DNA of 64,000 nucleotides from Alphaproteobacteria bacterium (GTDB lineage Bacteria; Pseudomonadota; Alphaproteobacteria; Paracaedibacterales; VGCI01): NCBI GenBank assembly GCA_019746225.1, contig JAIESE010000011.1, positions 7 to 64,006 of the forward strand, read 5' to 3'. Shown piece by piece: positions 62,635 to 64,000 of this stretch (position 1 is its first letter; each line of letters starts with the position of its first letter). The notes under the pieces were generated by a model. It saw only the letters and a program-made list of their open reading frames with translations, ran no database searches and was not told where the DNA came from. The position numbers and the translations under genes were made by a program.

Positions 62635-64000
62635 TTGATCAAATTCGCAATGCTTCTTTCCTGTCTCCTTGTCTCAACCTGGACCTTCGCGATGGATGAC
62701 ACAAATCAAAATCCTGGATTCGCCCCCCCCTCTCCTGTACATTCAACTGCTTTAGAAACAGATATATTCAATGATTTTATTAACAATATCTTTGCCGTGG
62801 AACCTGACTGGGAACGCGCTAATACCTTTGTTAAGGAGAATGATTGGAAAGTTCTAGACATGATTGAATTATCTATCAGAGGTGTTAAAGAACAAATTGT
62901 TCTTCGACTTTCCTGGATGATGGATGCGGACACCTCTTTCATTGAGAAATATCCAGATATTTGTAGTTTTATCCTCCTGTTCAATTATGGTGACGAGGAG
63001 GGACGCAGTCAGCAGGTGATAAAGACAGCCATTGAGAGAAGCAAAACAACAAGCCCAATCCAAATGCTGGCTTGCCTCCATTACCAATTCACCTTTGAAT
63101 CCTGCTCTGAAGACCAAGTAAGTTCATTGCGTCAACTGGCTTTAACACATCCTTATGCACAGAAAAATATGGGGTTGATAGAAGTTACACATAAAATGAC
63201 TTGGTTACAAAAAGCTGCATCAGTAGGACTCCGGAAAGCACAAGCTCAATTGGCTACGTGCTACCAGCAGCAAAACAACTTATCAGAAGCAATTGAAATC
63301 TGGCACTCTCTCCTCTCATTCAAAATTCCACACCCTGAATTGATGAATGGCTGGTTTGATGATGAACCTGAAATGTTGACTTATGAAGTGCAGGATGGAG
63401 TACGCCTCAAGATGGGGTCTATTCTGACAAAAACAACCATCGTCACGTCTGTTTCTTCCACAACCCAAGAGGATTTGGTAAAGAAGCTATTTAAACAAGT
63501 TGAGCCTGCGCTTGGCTTTCTTCTTGAGGAAAGTGTTAAAAACAGCCACTCTCTCGGCTCAAGTGCCATGCAAGACCTTGGCCCCACGATTCCCTGCTAT
63601 GTCGAGCCATTCCGACAAGTTACCGACTACTTATCGAAGACCCTCCTCTTGTTGGAAGCGTTTAATAGTTCTGGATTTATGGTGACGTGCTTACAATCAT
63701 CCGTTCCTTTGATTCCACGTCAAGACAATGCCTCTCCGTTTGTAAAGAGTTACCGCGTTGAGTATAAAGGAAACTTCCTCGACTATCTCTCATTCGGAAA
63801 GCGAAATATTGATTTTGCTGATTTTTTGATGGATGCTGTATCTCGCCAATCGGGGTATGAGCTGTTCATCAAACGCGTGGTGATGATATATACAGACTAT
63901 GATGAACTTCTCACAAACTTTCGAAGGAAATCTTTAGAGATCCAAAAGACTTGGTCTGTCACCCAGAGTGACGATGACCTAGGGCTGATCACGCGCTACG
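62635..64000 (+). CDS. orphan secreted Sel1-like-repeat protein (3' end off window)
   Basis: Absent from the ORF track because there is no stop in the window. By manual translation the frame is open from 62620 to 64000. GGAGG lies 5 nt before the TTG at 62635. Leader MIKFAMLLSCLLVSTWTFA|MDDT. WLQKAASVGLRKAQAQLATCYQQQNNLSEAIEIW fits the Sel1-like repeat consensus. Confidence 0.7.
   Translation, partial: MIKFAMLLSCLLVSTWTFAMDDTNQNPGFAPPSPVHSTALETDIFNDFINNIFAVEPDWERANTFVKENDWKVLDMIELSIRGVKEQIVLRLSWMMDADTSFIEKYPDICSFILLFNYGDEEGRSQQVIKTAIERSKTTSPIQMLACLHYQFTFESCSEDQVSSLRQLALTHPYAQKNMGLIEVTHKMTWLQKAASVGLRKAQAQLATCYQQQNNLSEAIEIWHSLLSFKIPHPELMNGWFDDEPEMLTYEVQDGVRLKMGSILTKTTIVTSVSSTTQEDLVKKLFKQVEPALGFLLEESVKNSHSLGSSAMQDLGPTIPCYVEPFRQVTDYLSKTLLLLEAFNSSGFMVTCLQSSVPLIPRQDNASPFVKSYRVEYKGNFLDYLSFGKRNIDFADFLMDAVSRQSGYELFIKRVVMIYTDYDELLTNFRRKSLEIQKTWSVTQSDDDLGLITRY

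Noticed and set aside
1-64000. Search for tRNA/rRNA genes, CRISPR arrays, IS elements or transposases, and phage or defence-system genes
   Set aside because: I saw no tRNA T-arm (GGTTCGAATCC-like) contexts in the intergenic gaps, no regularly spaced repeats apart from those reported, no terminal inverted repeats flanking the orphan genes, and no transposase-, integrase- or nuclease-like ORFs. The scan was visual only, so short elements could be missed.

Overview
The window reads as an alphaproteobacterial chromosome segment. This is an inference from gene content: a full dcw cluster in alphaproteobacterial order, System I cytochrome c maturation genes ccmABCDEF(H), a RegB/RegA-type two-component pair, an NDUFA12-like protein, split glyQ/glyS, and SCO/SenC. 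I found no rRNA, tRNA, CRISPR array, transposase or phage genes.

The housekeeping backbone runs as follows:
- RRM RNA-binding protein, fabI, sppA, a redoxin, rplU-rpmA and rpmG (missing from the ORF track), then rpsI-rplM.
- The minus-strand dcw cluster, mraZ through ftsZ (33705 down to 11442).
- An NDUFA12-like gene, a cinA-like gene, sfsA, glyQS and the ccm genes.
- A HAD hydrolase, pirin, an NfeD/SPFH pair, a YcbK-like peptidase, SCO, regB/regA-like genes and a GAF-less PTS enzyme I.

About ten visibly AT-richer orphan genes are scattered through this backbone, three of them inside the dcw cluster. Most encode proteins with N-terminal signal peptides. Several carry host-interaction signatures:
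- A 707-aa protein ends in a 9-proline run plus a canonical WH2 actin-binding motif.
- An 1108-aa protein has a PARP-like H-Y-(D/E) ADP-ribosyltransferase signature.
- One secreted protein has a chymotrypsin-fold protease signature.
- Two proteins contain Sel1-like repeats.

Six of the orphans share the same leader: a hydrophobic h-region followed by [A/G]-M-[D/E]-[D/E/S]. Together these features suggest an intracellular, symbiont-type lifestyle with a family of secreted effector candidates. That is inference and cannot be confirmed without database searches.

Other notable items:
- A translationally coupled AAC(6')-like / class D beta-lactamase-like gene pair.
- An array of 10-bp-phased TGGG repeats upstream of mraZ.
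- An in-frame CcmF-CcmH fusion.
- An N-terminally short RegB-like kinase.
- A ptsP-linked operon encoding two orphan proteins.
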